Below the pieces are notes generated by a model. That model saw only the letters and a program-made list of their open reading frames with translations, ran no database searches and was not told where the DNA came from. Position numbers and translations under genes: made by a program. Positions 1 to 8,173 of a DNA stretch of 64,000 bases are shown in pieces; positions within the stretch are counted from its first letter, which is position 1, and every line of letters starts with the position of its first letter. Origin of the DNA: an uncultured Thermoanaerobaculia bacterium (lineage in GTDB: Bacteria; Acidobacteriota; Thermoanaerobaculia; Gp7-AA8); contig CAZLGP010000232.1 in NCBI GenBank assembly GCA_964558905.1, positions 34,824 through 98,823 on the forward strand, read 5' to 3'.

Positions 1-1254
1 CGCGAAGGCGTGCCCGGTCCAGTGTTCCTCGAGCTGCCCATCGATCTTCTCTATGACGAGGCGCTCGTGCGGGAGTGGTTCGGCAAATCCGGCGGCGGCA
101 ACCGGCTCGTGCAGTGGTACCTGCGACGCTACCTGCGGCGCCTTTTCGCCGGTGAGGCGAGTCTGCCCTCGCCGCGAGATGTCGCCACCGACGCGCCGAG
201 CGACGCGCCCGTGCGCAACGTCTCCGAGCGCCTCGCGAGCGCCGAGCGTCCCGTGATCGTCGCCGGAAGTCAGGCCGCCTTGTCAGACGTTCCGCGTGCC
301 CTCGAGCAACTCGGTGTGCCGGTCTATCTCTCCGGCATGGCTCGCGGGCTGCTCGGCGCCGGGCATCCGCTGCAGATGCGGCATCGCCGGAAGAACGCAC
401 TGCGCGAGGCGGATCTGGTGATCCTCGCCGGCGTCCCGATGGACTTCCGTTTGAACTACGGACGCGACATCGGCTCGGGCGCCGTGTTGATCTCCTCCAA
501 CCGCAGCGCGGTCGATCTGAAGAAGAATCGCCGGCCCGACGTGGCGATTCATGCCGATCCGGGAGCATTCCTCCGTCGACTCGCGCAGGTGGCGACGACC
601 CGCGATCGCAGCGAGTGGATCTCCGTCCTGCGCCGCGCCGATGAAGAGCGCGAGCGCGAGATCGCTGCCAGCGCCGAGGAGCCGACCGAGCATCTCAATC
701 CGGTCGCGCTCTGCCGTGCGATCGAGCGGGCCATGGGTCCCGACAGCATCGTCGTCGCGGACGGCGGCGACTTCGTCTCCACCGCCTCCTACATCGTCCG
801 TCCGCGCGGGCCGCTGTCGTGGCTCGATCCCGGTCCGTTCGGCACCCTCGGCGTCGGCGCGGGTTTCGCGATCGGCGCCGGTGCCGCACGACCGGGGAGC
901 GAGTTGTGGATCCTCTACGGCGACGGTGCGCTCGGTTTCACGCTCGCCGACTTCGACACGCTCGCGCGGCACCGCATCGGCGCGATCGCAGTCGTCGCGA
1001 ACGACGCCTGCTGGTCGCAGATCCACCGCGAGCAGGTGGAAATCCTCGGCGACGACACCGCGTGCATGCTCACCCGCGCCGACTATCACCTCGCCGCCCA
1101 AGGCCTCGGCGGCCGCGGCCTGCTGCTGCAGGACGCATCCGCGATCGACGCTACGCTCGCCGAGGCGAAGCGCATCGCGGCCACGGGAGTGCCGGTGTTG
1201 GTGAACGCCTGGGTGGGGCGCACGGGGTTCAGGAAGGGCGCGATCTCGATGTAG
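1..1254 (+). CDS. Thiamine-diphosphate-dependent enzyme (acetolactate synthase / oxalyl-CoA decarboxylase-like), 5'-truncated by window edge
   Basis: ORF 10..1254 contains only central and C-terminal TPP domains, so the gene starts upstream of the window. TPP-binding region ILYGDGALGFTLADFDTLARHRIGAIAVVANDACW. Stop TAG 1252-1254 is also the first unit of the adjacent 9-mer array. Confidence 0.8.
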   Translation, partial: REGVPGPVFLELPIDLLYDEALVREWFGKSGGGNRLVQWYLRRYLRRLFAGEASLPSPRDVATDAPSDAPVRNVSERLASAERPVIVAGSQAALSDVPRALEQLGVPVYLSGMARGLLGAGHPLQMRHRRKNALREADLVILAGVPMDFRLNYGRDIGSGAVLISSNRSAVDLKKNRRPDVAIHADPGAFLRRLAQVATTRDRSEWISVLRRADEEREREIAASAEEPTEHLNPVALCRAIERAMGPDSIVVADGGDFVSTASYIVRPRGPLSWLDPGPFGTLGVGAGFAIGAGAARPGSELWILYGDGALGFTLADFDTLARHRIGAIAVVANDACWSQIHREQVEILGDDTACMLTRADYHLAAQGLGGRGLLLQDASAIDATLAEAKRIAATGVPVLVNAWVGRTGFRKGAISM

Positions 1255-1293
1255 GACGGATAGGACGGATAGGACGAATAGGACTCATAGGGA
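1252..1293. repeat. 9-mer tandem array A (TAGGACGGA-type, direct units only)
   Basis: Units TAGGACGGA TAGGACGGA TAGGACGAA TAGGACTCA TAGGGA. The first TAG is the stop of the TPP gene. The fourth unit carries the stop of the minus-strand four-helix-bundle gene. Confidence 0.85.
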
Positions 1294-1823
1294 GCGGTGA
1301 CGTTTTCTTTCGCGGGTCATTCGCTCGCGGATGCCGCCTTTCTCGAGAAACGCCTGCTCGAGATGACGGAGTTGTCGATCGAGCAGATAGTTCGCCTGGT
1401 GGATCAGGCAGATCGCGATGTTCGCGATGACATCAGCGGATCGTGTTTCGGCGAACGTGCCGAAGACCCCGTACGACTGCCCTCGGAGATCCCGAACGTA
1501 CTGCGCTTCTCGAGAGTCTTTGCTCCACTGCCTCAGGTTGCGGACGCGCAGGTAGCCTCGTAGTCCACCCGGAGCTCTTCGAGGCTGGCGCGCGCAACGC
1601 TCGTGAGCTTGATCTCCGTCTCGGTCGATGTTCCGGAGGCCTGGCTTGCCTCCGCGATGTTCTGCTTGCCGGAGCGGGCCGCCTGGATCATCTGGTCCAC
1701 GGTGCGGTCGCGTCTCTCGAGGAAGCGAGCGCAGAAGCGGACCGTGAGGTCATACACGATCTCTGCCTTCTTATACGAGATGAGCTTCCGGTAACCGCCG
1801 TGTCTTGGGATGAAACCGCTCAT
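1285..1823 (-). pseudogene. Four-helix-bundle suffix-domain protein (23S rRNA IVS protein-like family), frameshifted
   Basis: Track ORF 1533..2042 from Met74 (ATG 1823) reads GGYRKLISYKKAEIVYDLTVRFCARFL..DQMIQAARSGKQNIAEASQASGTSTETEIKLTSVARASLEEL. The expected family C-terminus (NIAICLIHQANYLLDRQLRHLEQAFLEKGGIRERMTRERK) continues in another frame down to a stop near 1285. This implies a 1-nt indel near 1553. Confidence 0.65.
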
Positions 1824-1874
1824 GCAGTCGAGACTACCTCGGATCGAGCGAGCGAAGCGTTTGGCTACAGGGGG

Positions 1875-1993
1875 TAGATGGGACGAATGGGACGGATGGG
1901 ACCCATGGGACCTATGCGACCCATGGGTAGCTACCATCCCATAGGTCCCATTCGTCCCATTCGTCCCATAGGTCCCATGGTCCCATTCGTCCC
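1875..1993. repeat. 9-mer inverted array B (hairpin)
   Basis: About six forward units (ATGGGACGA, ATGGGACGG, ATGGGACCC...), centre GGTAGC|TACC at ~1931, then about seven reverse-complement units (ATAGGTCCC, ATTCGTCCC...). Confidence 0.85.
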
Positions 1994-2008
1994 CGTGGTG
2001 GTGCTGGC

Positions 2009-2485
2009 TCACTCCGTGGGATCGACCTTCCTCTCCAGACACAGCCGCGGCGCGGGCTCGAATCCTTCGCTGCGGAGGAACGCCAGTAGCTCGAAGTGGC
2101 TCCAGTCGACTTCCGTCCGGATCGAGGTGGCACCGATGGCGCCGACGTTGCGGCGCAACTGCTCGAAGAGCTCGTGGGCGATGCGGGTGCGACGCATGCC
2201 GGCTTCGACGCCGATGGCGTCGATCGATGCTGTCGGCTCGGTCATCCCGTACTCGCCGTAGTAGAGGGACCCGATGAGGTAGCCGACGACGCGGCCGTCG
2301 ACTTCGGCGACGAGGGAAATCTGGAGGCCAGCGAACTGCAGCGCGCGCTGGAGCATGAGCTCGAAGTAGCGAGGTCGCGCGCGCCCCGTGGCGGCGGCGT
2401 CGATGCGGACGACGGCATCGATGTCGCTGTCGCGCATGAGCCGGATGGTGGCGATCTCGGTTTCAGGTTGATCGATGGTGGTCAT
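2009..2485 (-). CDS. GNAT family N-acetyltransferase
   Basis: Track ORF 2009..2566 trimmed to Met28 (GGAG just upstream). The discarded N-terminus is translated heptamer repeat (PPTANRQPPT). GNAT core VVGYLIGS...IDAIGVEAGMRRTRIAHELFEQL. Confidence 0.8.
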   Translation of the reverse strand: MTTIDQPETEIATIRLMRDSDIDAVVRIDAAATGRARPRYFELMLQRALQFAGLQISLVAEVDGRVVGYLIGSLYYGEYGMTEPTASIDAIGVEAGMRRTRIAHELFEQLRRNVGAIGATSIRTEVDWSHFELLAFLRSEGFEPAPRLCLERKVDPTE

Positions 2486-2500
2486 GGTGGCTCCTCGATG

Positions 2501-2607
2501 GGTTGGCGGTTGGCGGTTGGCGGTTGGCGGTTGACGGGCGTCCGTTGCTGAGTCTGGCGGGTGCATCCGCTGCGTCCCTTACTCCCGCCAACCGCCAACC
2601 GCCAACC
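2501..2607. repeat. Heptamer inverted array H1
   Basis: Left arm (GGTTGGC)x4 plus GGTTGAC at 2501-2537, ~47-nt spacer, right arm (GCCAACC)x3 at 2585-2607. Lies between the GNAT start and the SDR stop. Confidence 0.85.
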
Positions 2608-2610
2608 AGT

Positions 2611-3336
2611 TCATAGGCTCTGTCCCGCGTCGACCCGGAGGGTCTGGCCGGTGATGCGCCGGCCGCCGGCTCCGCACAGAAACACGACCGACGCGGCGAC
2701 GTCCTCGGGCTCGACGAGCTCGCCGAGAAGTGTTTCCGCGAGGGCTTGCTGGCGCACGGGCTCGGGATAGGTCTCGGTGAGTGGCGTGCGTACCCAGCCC
2801 GGCTCGATGACGTTGACGGTGATGCCGAGGCGACCGGTCTCGCGGCTGACGCTCTTGGCGAGGCCGAGCAGTCCGGCTTTGCTCGCGGCGTAGGCGGACG
2901 TGCCGAATTTTCCGCGGGAGCCGTTGATCGAGCCGATCAGGACGATGCGACCGCTTCCGGCCGCGCGCATCGCGGGGATCACGCTGCGCAGGAGCAGGAA
3001 CGCGCCGCGCAGGTTCACGTCGTGGACGAGGTCCCAATCGTCGACGGAGAGTTTCCAGACGACTCCGTCCCGCGAAACGCCCGCGGTGTGCACGGCGATG
3101 TCGATGCGGCCGTGCGCATCGAGCACCTGAGCTACAGCGCGCGCGACGGAGTCGGCGTCGCGAACGTCGCAGAAGACCGAGGATGGTTGACGGTTGGCGG
3201 TTGGCGGTTGGCGGGGGTCCACGACATCGAGGTTGACGACGGTCGCACCGGACGCGGTGAGTGCATCGAGGATTGCGCGGCCGATGCCGCCGCTGCCGCC
3301 GGTCACGACTGCGACGCGCCCGGCGAGATCGCTCAT
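2611..3336 (-). CDS. Short-chain dehydrogenase/reductase (FabG/BadH-like), translationally coupled to bcrD
   Basis: Track ORF 2611..3774 trimmed to MSDLAGR (ATG 3336; GGAG upstream; ATGA overlap with bcrD stop at 3333-3336). Motifs VTGGSGGIGRA, S..YAASKAG, NVIEPG. Residues 41-52 are encoded by a heptamer repeat. Confidence 0.85.
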   Translation of the reverse strand: MSDLAGRVAVVTGGSGGIGRAILDALTASGATVVNLDVVDPRQPPTANRQPSSVFCDVRDADSVARAVAQVLDAHGRIDIAVHTAGVSRDGVVWKLSVDDWDLVHDVNLRGAFLLLRSVIPAMRAAGSGRIVLIGSINGSRGKFGTSAYAASKAGLLGLAKSVSRETGRLGITVNVIEPGWVRTPLTETYPEPVRQQALAETLLGELVEPEDVAASVVFLCGAGGRRITGQTLRVDAGQSL

Positions 3337-4244
3337 GCGACGCTCCTCCGCGCCAGCACCTCGTGCCGATATGCGCCCCACAGCGCGGCGCCCAGGGCGC
3401 CGGCGTAGATCGCACGCGGATCGGTGACGATCTCCATCTGCAGCTTCTCCTCGGCCGCCTTCTCGCGCAGTGCCTTGGCCAGTCCCACGTCGGCGGAGAG
3501 CCCTCCCGTGATCGCTACCGTTCCCTCCGCGCCGATCGAGCGCAGCAGTTTGAGGTATCGCCCGGCCATCGAGAGGTGGATGCCCTTGAGGATGTCGTGC
3601 GTCTTGATGCCGCGGCTGACCATGTTGATCACGTCTGTCTCCGCGAGCACCGCGCAGATGCTGCTGACCATCTCCGGATCGGACGCGCTGCAGGACAGCG
3701 GCCCGATGTCCTCGAGGGTGATGCCGAGGTAGCGCGCAACGTTCTCGAGGAACTGTCCCGATCCCGACGCGCACTGACTGGTCATGCGGTACGCGAGGAC
3801 GCGGCTCTTGTCGTCCATCTTCAGCGCGCGTGCGTGCAGCGCACCGATGTCGAGCGCGGCGCGCGCGTCGGGCATGAGGAAGATCGCGCCGCGCGCATGC
3901 GTGGTCATCCCGTAGAAATGGCCGCGGCGAAACTCCACGAGCTCGCCCTCGCCGGTCGTTGCCAGATAGGCGACGTCGCTATTTTGAATTCCCGCGTCAG
4001 TGAGCGCGGCCTCCCACGATTCTTCGATGACCTTGCGCAGATCGCGGCGGCGGATGCGATCGGTGCGCATCGCGAGGACGTGGGTGTCATCCCGAGCGTC
4101 GAGCGAGGGACCTGGGTGGGTGGCGCGCGAGGCGCCTTCTTCGCGCCCCGCCAGCCCAGGTCCCTCGCTCATGCTCGGGATGACACGTGTGATGACAGTC
4201 TTTACGCTGCTCGAGCCGACGTCCATGCCCGCGGTGATGATCAT
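3333..4244 (-). CDS. bcrD: Benzoyl-CoA reductase subunit D-like (BcrAD_BadFG ATPase)
   Basis: Motifs MIITAGMDVGSSSVKTV, MTSQCASGSGQFLENVARYLG, AVLAETDVINMVSRG, GALGAALWGA. Last gene of bcrCBAD order. 4-nt overlaps with bcrA (4241-4244) and the SDR gene. Confidence 0.8.
   Translation of the reverse strand: MIITAGMDVGSSSVKTVITRVIPSMSEGPGLAGREEGASRATHPGPSLDARDDTHVLAMRTDRIRRRDLRKVIEESWEAALTDAGIQNSDVAYLATTGEGELVEFRRGHFYGMTTHARGAIFLMPDARAALDIGALHARALKMDDKSRVLAYRMTSQCASGSGQFLENVARYLGITLEDIGPLSCSASDPEMVSSICAVLAETDVINMVSRGIKTHDILKGIHLSMAGRYLKLLRSIGAEGTVAITGGLSADVGLAKALREKAAEEKLQMEIVTDPRAIYAGALGAALWGAYRHEVLARRSVA
4084..4185. repeat. REP-like palindromic element inserted in frame in bcrD
   Basis: 102 nt (34 codons). 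TGTCATCCCGAGC..GAGCGAGGGACCTGGG arm, ~38-nt loop, reverse-complement arm ending GCTCGGGATGACA. Encodes VIPSMSEGPGLAGREEGASRATHPGPSLDARDDT. Termini match the intergenic TGTCATCCTGAGC REPs at 18.9, 31.0 and 47.5 kb. Confidence 0.8.
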
Positions 4245-5563
4245 GCTGCCTTCCTCTCCGCCGCGCGACGCGCGAACAGCGCGGCGCCGAGGGCGCCGGT
4301 GTAGATGGAGTCCGCCGAGATATTGAGCGCGCGCTCGCCGTAGTTCTCGCGCACGAGCTCCTCGAGCGCGCCGACCGCCGCGGGGTTCTTGGCCACGCCG
4401 CCGGTGAAGGTGAACTGATCGTGGATGCCACCCGAGCGAGCGAGGAGCGACATCGCCCGCAGGATGATCGCGCGGTGCAGGCCGGCGAGGATGTCTTCGC
4501 GCTTCTGGCCGAGAGACAGCCGCTCGCGCAGTTCCGCGCCGGCGAACACGGTGCAGGTGCTGTTGATCTTGACGCGCGTGTGGCTCTCCTGCGCCAGCGG
4601 GCCGAGCTCGTGCAGGCCGAGGTTCATCTCGTCGGCGATGTATCCGAGGTAGCGGCCGCAGCCGGCGGCGCAGCGGTCGTTCATCTGGAAGCTCGTGACG
4701 ATACCCGCCGCATCGACCTGGATCGCCTTCGTGTCCTGGCCGCCGATGTCGAGCACCGTGCGCGTGCCGGGGAACATCGCGTGCGCGCCGAGTCCGTGGC
4801 AGAGGATCTCGCTGCGGATCTGTTCCTTGGGGAAGGGCAGCCGCGCGCGCCCGTAGCCTGTGCCGACGGTGCTGACTTCGACGAGCTCGGTCGCGCGAGC
4901 GCGCTCCACCGCCGCGCGCAGGCGCGCATCGCTCGACGTCTCATCGAGCGCGGCGCCGATGTGTTTCTGGAACGCGTTTTCGATCGTCAACGCCTCGACG
5001 GAGAGGATCGCCGCGTCGAAAACGCCGCAGAGCGCGTCGAAGCTGATGCCCTTCGGATCCGCCGCTGCTTCCGCGAGCAGCATGTAATCGGAGGAGGCGA
5101 GGTCGCGGAAGAAATCGCTCTTGCGCGTGGCTCCCGGCGCGAAATGCTGCCGTCCAAGCGCGGCCATGGAATCGCAGATCGTGTCGAGGATCGACCGCAG
5201 CTCCTGCGCGTGCGCGGCGTGCTTCGGACCGCCCGCGAGCATGAGCATCGCCTCGCGCAAGCGGTCCAGCTGCGCGAGGTGCTGGTGCATCTTGAAATTC
5301 CGCTCGAGGTCCGCGAGGGGATCAGTTGACAGTTGACCGTTCGCAGTTGGCAGGAGCTCCTGTCGACTGTCAACTGACAACTGCCGACTGATCATCGTGA
5401 ACCGCGTCCGGACGAACGCCTCCTCGCGCACGATCTGCGCGGCGACGTCGTAGTTGCTGCGGCTGTTCGTGATGCCGCGGCCGATCAGGTCGCCGTTGCC
5501 GTCGAGAACGACCGCCTTCGTCGTCGTGGAGCCGAGGTCGATGCCGAGGAAGACCTCCATCAC
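4241..5563 (-). CDS. bcrA: Benzoyl-CoA reductase subunit A-like (BcrAD_BadFG ATPase)
   Basis: Motifs FLGIDLGSTTTKAVVLD, VLDIGGQDTKAI, MNDRCAAGCGRYLGYIA, FTGGVAKNPA. 4-nt overlaps with bcrB and bcrD. Confidence 0.8.
   Translation of the reverse strand: MMEVFLGIDLGSTTTKAVVLDGNGDLIGRGITNSRSNYDVAAQIVREEAFVRTRFTMISRQLSVDSRQELLPTANGQLSTDPLADLERNFKMHQHLAQLDRLREAMLMLAGGPKHAAHAQELRSILDTICDSMAALGRQHFAPGATRKSDFFRDLASSDYMLLAEAAADPKGISFDALCGVFDAAILSVEALTIENAFQKHIGAALDETSSDARLRAAVERARATELVEVSTVGTGYGRARLPFPKEQIRSEILCHGLGAHAMFPGTRTVLDIGGQDTKAIQVDAAGIVTSFQMNDRCAAGCGRYLGYIADEMNLGLHELGPLAQESHTRVKINSTCTVFAGAELRERLSLGQKREDILAGLHRAIILRAMSLLARSGGIHDQFTFTGGVAKNPAAVGALEELVRENYGERALNISADSIYTGALGAALFARRAAERKAA
5321..5393. 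repeat. Inverted heptamer element inserted in frame in bcrA
   Basis: GATC-AGTTGAC-AGTTGAC-CGTTCGC-AGTTGGC-AGG / AGCTC / CCT-GTCGACT-GTCAACT-GACAACT-GCCGACT-GATC. Encodes ISRQLSVDSRQELLPTANGQLSTD. Confidence 0.8.
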
Positions 5564-6864
5564 GCGGCTGCTCCTCCATCTGAACGGACAGGCATGCTTG
5601 CCTGTCCTCGTTTCTGATCGAGCATCTGCAGGTAGCTCTCAATGCGGTTCTTGATGTTCGCGGCCGAGAAGTAGCGCGGGTCGACGAGGTCGCTCTCGAT
5701 GAACGCGCCGGGGACGCCGGTGCGCTCCTCGAGCTGGCGGAGCATCATCAGTTGCCCGACGCTGAACGAGTTGCAGCTCTTCACGCTGTTGATGAGGAAG
5801 CCGTCCGCGCGGTACTCGCGCACGTACTTCTCGAGCAGATCGACACGCGTCGGCAGGCCGAGGTTCGTGTAGCAGCCGAGGCAGTAGTCGGCGAGCGTCT
5901 CCAGCGGATGATCGGGATCGTGGCGGAAGCCGCGGTCGTACAGGCCGCCGACTTTCGTGTACGTGCTGGCGACGACGACCGCTTCCTCGTCATGGAACAT
6001 CTTCCAGAATTCCCGGAAGCTGGTCCAGTTCGGGGGACCTTCGACGACGAGGCGGTATTTCTCGTGCGCCATGGGGCCGTCCGGCGTGATCGGTCCGAGT
6101 CCGGCGTCGAGTCGCTCCTGAACTTCCGCTCGCAATGCCGCGTAGTAGTCGACCGCCTCCGGCGTCCCGCGGAACGCGCTGAAGATCGGGCCGATGTAGT
6201 AGACGCCGCCGAAATAGGCATCGATCGGCGAGGGGACGTTCTTCGCGCTCTCGAGCGTCCAGACGAGGTCATCCTCGGCGCGCGAGGAGAGTCTGAGCAT
6301 CTCCCGCAGCCGATCTTCGTCGTACGCCCGTCCACTGACCTGCTCGAGCTTCGGGATGACTTCCGTGCGCATCTGCTGGACGACGTACTCGCGCTGATGC
6401 GGCTCGATCACACCGTTGGCCTGATACGGCACGTGCAGCATCGCCACGGGAACGTCGCCATATTCCTCGCGCAGAAGCTCGAACCATTTCAGGAAGGTGA
6501 AGCATCCGGTGTACGAAAGCAGCAGCAGATCGGGCTTCGGCAGGCGCTTGCCGGTCGGGCCGATGTTGCCCTTCTTCAGCATGCCGATGTCGCATTTGAC
6601 GTATGTACAGACGTCTTCGCTGTGGCCCTGTTTCTCCGCCTCGGCGATGTACTCGCCGGAAAGCTTGCGCATGCCGGACTGCAGTGCGTTGATCTCCGGC
6701 AGCACCGGCAGCAGATCGAACGACCGAACGAGCTCGTTGAGGTTGCCGGGGACGAAGGTGTAGACGACTTTCTGTCCCTCGTCGTGCGCGGACGCGAGCC
6801 GGTCGTAGTGATCGGCGATCATCGTCTTCTGGAGGAGCATGGAGTCTTCTTTGCGAATGGTCAT
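5560..6864 (-). CDS. bcrB: Benzoyl-CoA reductase subunit B-like (2-hydroxyacyl-CoA dehydratase family)
   Basis: 434 aa. Strings CTYVKCDIGMLKKG, LLLLSYTGCFTFLKWF, INSVKSCNSFSVGQ. Sits between bcrC and bcrA with an ATGA overlap to bcrA. Confidence 0.8.
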   Translation of the reverse strand: MTIRKEDSMLLQKTMIADHYDRLASAHDEGQKVVYTFVPGNLNELVRSFDLLPVLPEINALQSGMRKLSGEYIAEAEKQGHSEDVCTYVKCDIGMLKKGNIGPTGKRLPKPDLLLLSYTGCFTFLKWFELLREEYGDVPVAMLHVPYQANGVIEPHQREYVVQQMRTEVIPKLEQVSGRAYDEDRLREMLRLSSRAEDDLVWTLESAKNVPSPIDAYFGGVYYIGPIFSAFRGTPEAVDYYAALRAEVQERLDAGLGPITPDGPMAHEKYRLVVEGPPNWTSFREFWKMFHDEEAVVVASTYTKVGGLYDRGFRHDPDHPLETLADYCLGCYTNLGLPTRVDLLEKYVREYRADGFLINSVKSCNSFSVGQLMMLRQLEERTGVPGAFIESDLVDPRYFSAANIKNRIESYLQMLDQKRGQASMPVRSDGGAAA

Positions 6865-6880
6865 GTTGGGTACGCCCCCG

Positions 6881-6986
6881 TAGGACGAATGGGACCTATA
6901 GGACGAATAGGACGAATAGGTAGCTGCCTATTCGTCCTATGGTCCTATTCGTCCTATTCGTCCTATTCGTCCTATTCGTCCTATAG
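6881..6986. repeat. 9-mer inverted array C (hairpin) inside the bcr operon
   Basis: TAGGACGAA TGGGACCTA TAGGACGAA TAGGACGAA, centre TAGGTAGCTGCCTA, then (TTCGTCCTA)x~6. Occupies almost the entire 133-nt bcrC-bcrB spacer. Confidence 0.9.
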
Positions 6987-6997
6987 ACTGAGATTCA

Positions 6998-8173
6998 TCA
7001 CGTTGCCCACAGTCGGATCGAGTCACTGAACGTCCCGGCCTGCTCGCGGATCACCGCGAACTGCCCCGTATCCTCCGAGTACTTGAACTCCGTATGCGGG
7101 ATCCCTTCGCGATCGAGCGCGGCGACGAGCATCGGCTGATCGAGCAGAGCGGGATCGCAGAAGCTCGCCGCGCAGAAGATCACTCCCTCGGCCGTGTTGC
7201 GGCCGACGGAGTCGATCACCCAGCGCCCGCGGTCGCCCTCCGGCGCATAGCGCGACGCGCTCATCGCGCTGTGATTCAGGTACGCGTCGACGAGGCTCCC
7301 CAGAGGGTCGTCGCTCTCCGGGACGTCGTCCTGCAGCCAGCGCAGACCGATCAGAAAGTCGTCGTCGACGACATAGCACCCGGCCCGTTCCAGGGTCAGC
7401 GCGAGCCCGTGCGGCGGTTGCTCGCAGAACATCCCCACGAGCACGACGCGGCTGCGGTCCTGGTCGCGGCGCTCGGTCTCCAGCGGCGCGAGTTCGAGGT
7501 ATTCGCGCAGCATCTCCGTGTGCTCTTCGACCGGCAGCACGTTGCCCGCGCGCAGGAGCAGGTAGGCCTCGGACATTGGATGGATCCACGGCTTGCGGCT
7601 GCGCGCGCGATAGAGATCGCGGATCGCGCGGCGGTTCTCGTTGTAGACGGCGACGCTCGCGCGGAGCGCGTCGTCGGTGATGGCGTTGCCCGAGATGCGC
7701 TCGAAGTCGCGCCGCAGCGTCTCCAGCTCGCGGCGCCAGAAGAGCCCTCCCACCGCCGGATCGAAGTTCTGCGGCAGGTCGACGTAATGGATATAGGGTT
7801 GTAAAGGGCGATCGGGGAAGATCATCGACCACATGCCCGAGAGATTGCGGATGACGTCGCAGATCGCGGGAAAGAGCATGCCGTCGAGGACGTCGAGACG
7901 ATGCGAGAGCGCCAGCTCGATCGTGCTGCGCGGGATGCGGCAGATGTAGCTCTGGAAATACGCGTCGCCGCGGATGATCTCCATCCGATCGCCGCCACCG
8001 ACGACTCCGACGGGGAGCATGCCCGCGGCGTGAATGAGCTCGCGGGGTACGTAGGTCGGCATGTGCCCGATCGCCTTGCGTCCGGATGCGCCCCCTTTCC
8101 AGCGCTTCACCGCCGTCAAGTCGAGGTCGTCCGACAGCGACTTCGTGCGCGTGAGCAGTTCGTCGAGGGTCAT
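6998..8173 (-). CDS. bcrC: Benzoyl-CoA reductase subunit C-like (2-hydroxyacyl-CoA dehydratase family)
   Basis: Track ORF 6998..8647 trimmed to MTLDELL (Met159, ATG 8173, ATGA overlap with dch stop). Strings YFQSYICRIPRSTIE, FPAICDVIRNLSGMW, GVIFCAASFCDPALLD. 391 aa. Confidence 0.8.
   Translation of the reverse strand: MTLDELLTRTKSLSDDLDLTAVKRWKGGASGRKAIGHMPTYVPRELIHAAGMLPVGVVGGGDRMEIIRGDAYFQSYICRIPRSTIELALSHRLDVLDGMLFPAICDVIRNLSGMWSMIFPDRPLQPYIHYVDLPQNFDPAVGGLFWRRELETLRRDFERISGNAITDDALRASVAVYNENRRAIRDLYRARSRKPWIHPMSEAYLLLRAGNVLPVEEHTEMLREYLELAPLETERRDQDRSRVVLVGMFCEQPPHGLALTLERAGCYVVDDDFLIGLRWLQDDVPESDDPLGSLVDAYLNHSAMSASRYAPEGDRGRWVIDSVGRNTAEGVIFCAASFCDPALLDQPMLVAALDREGIPHTEFKYSEDTGQFAVIREQAGTFSDSIRLWAT

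Noticed and set aside
2050-2075. tRNA-like T-loop strings (GGCTCGAATCC near 2055; GGTTCAAGCCC near 23528).
   Set aside because: Both lie inside well-supported coding sequence, and no acceptor or anticodon arms can be drawn around them.
2611-3774. Long N-terminal extensions proposed by the track (SDR 387 aa; bcrC 549 aa; had 386 aa; GNAT 185 aa; trmJ-like from 31950; many others).
   Set aside because: The extensions overlap the upstream gene or a repeat array, are low-complexity, and internal starts give family-typical lengths with GGAG-type RBS or ATGA coupling.
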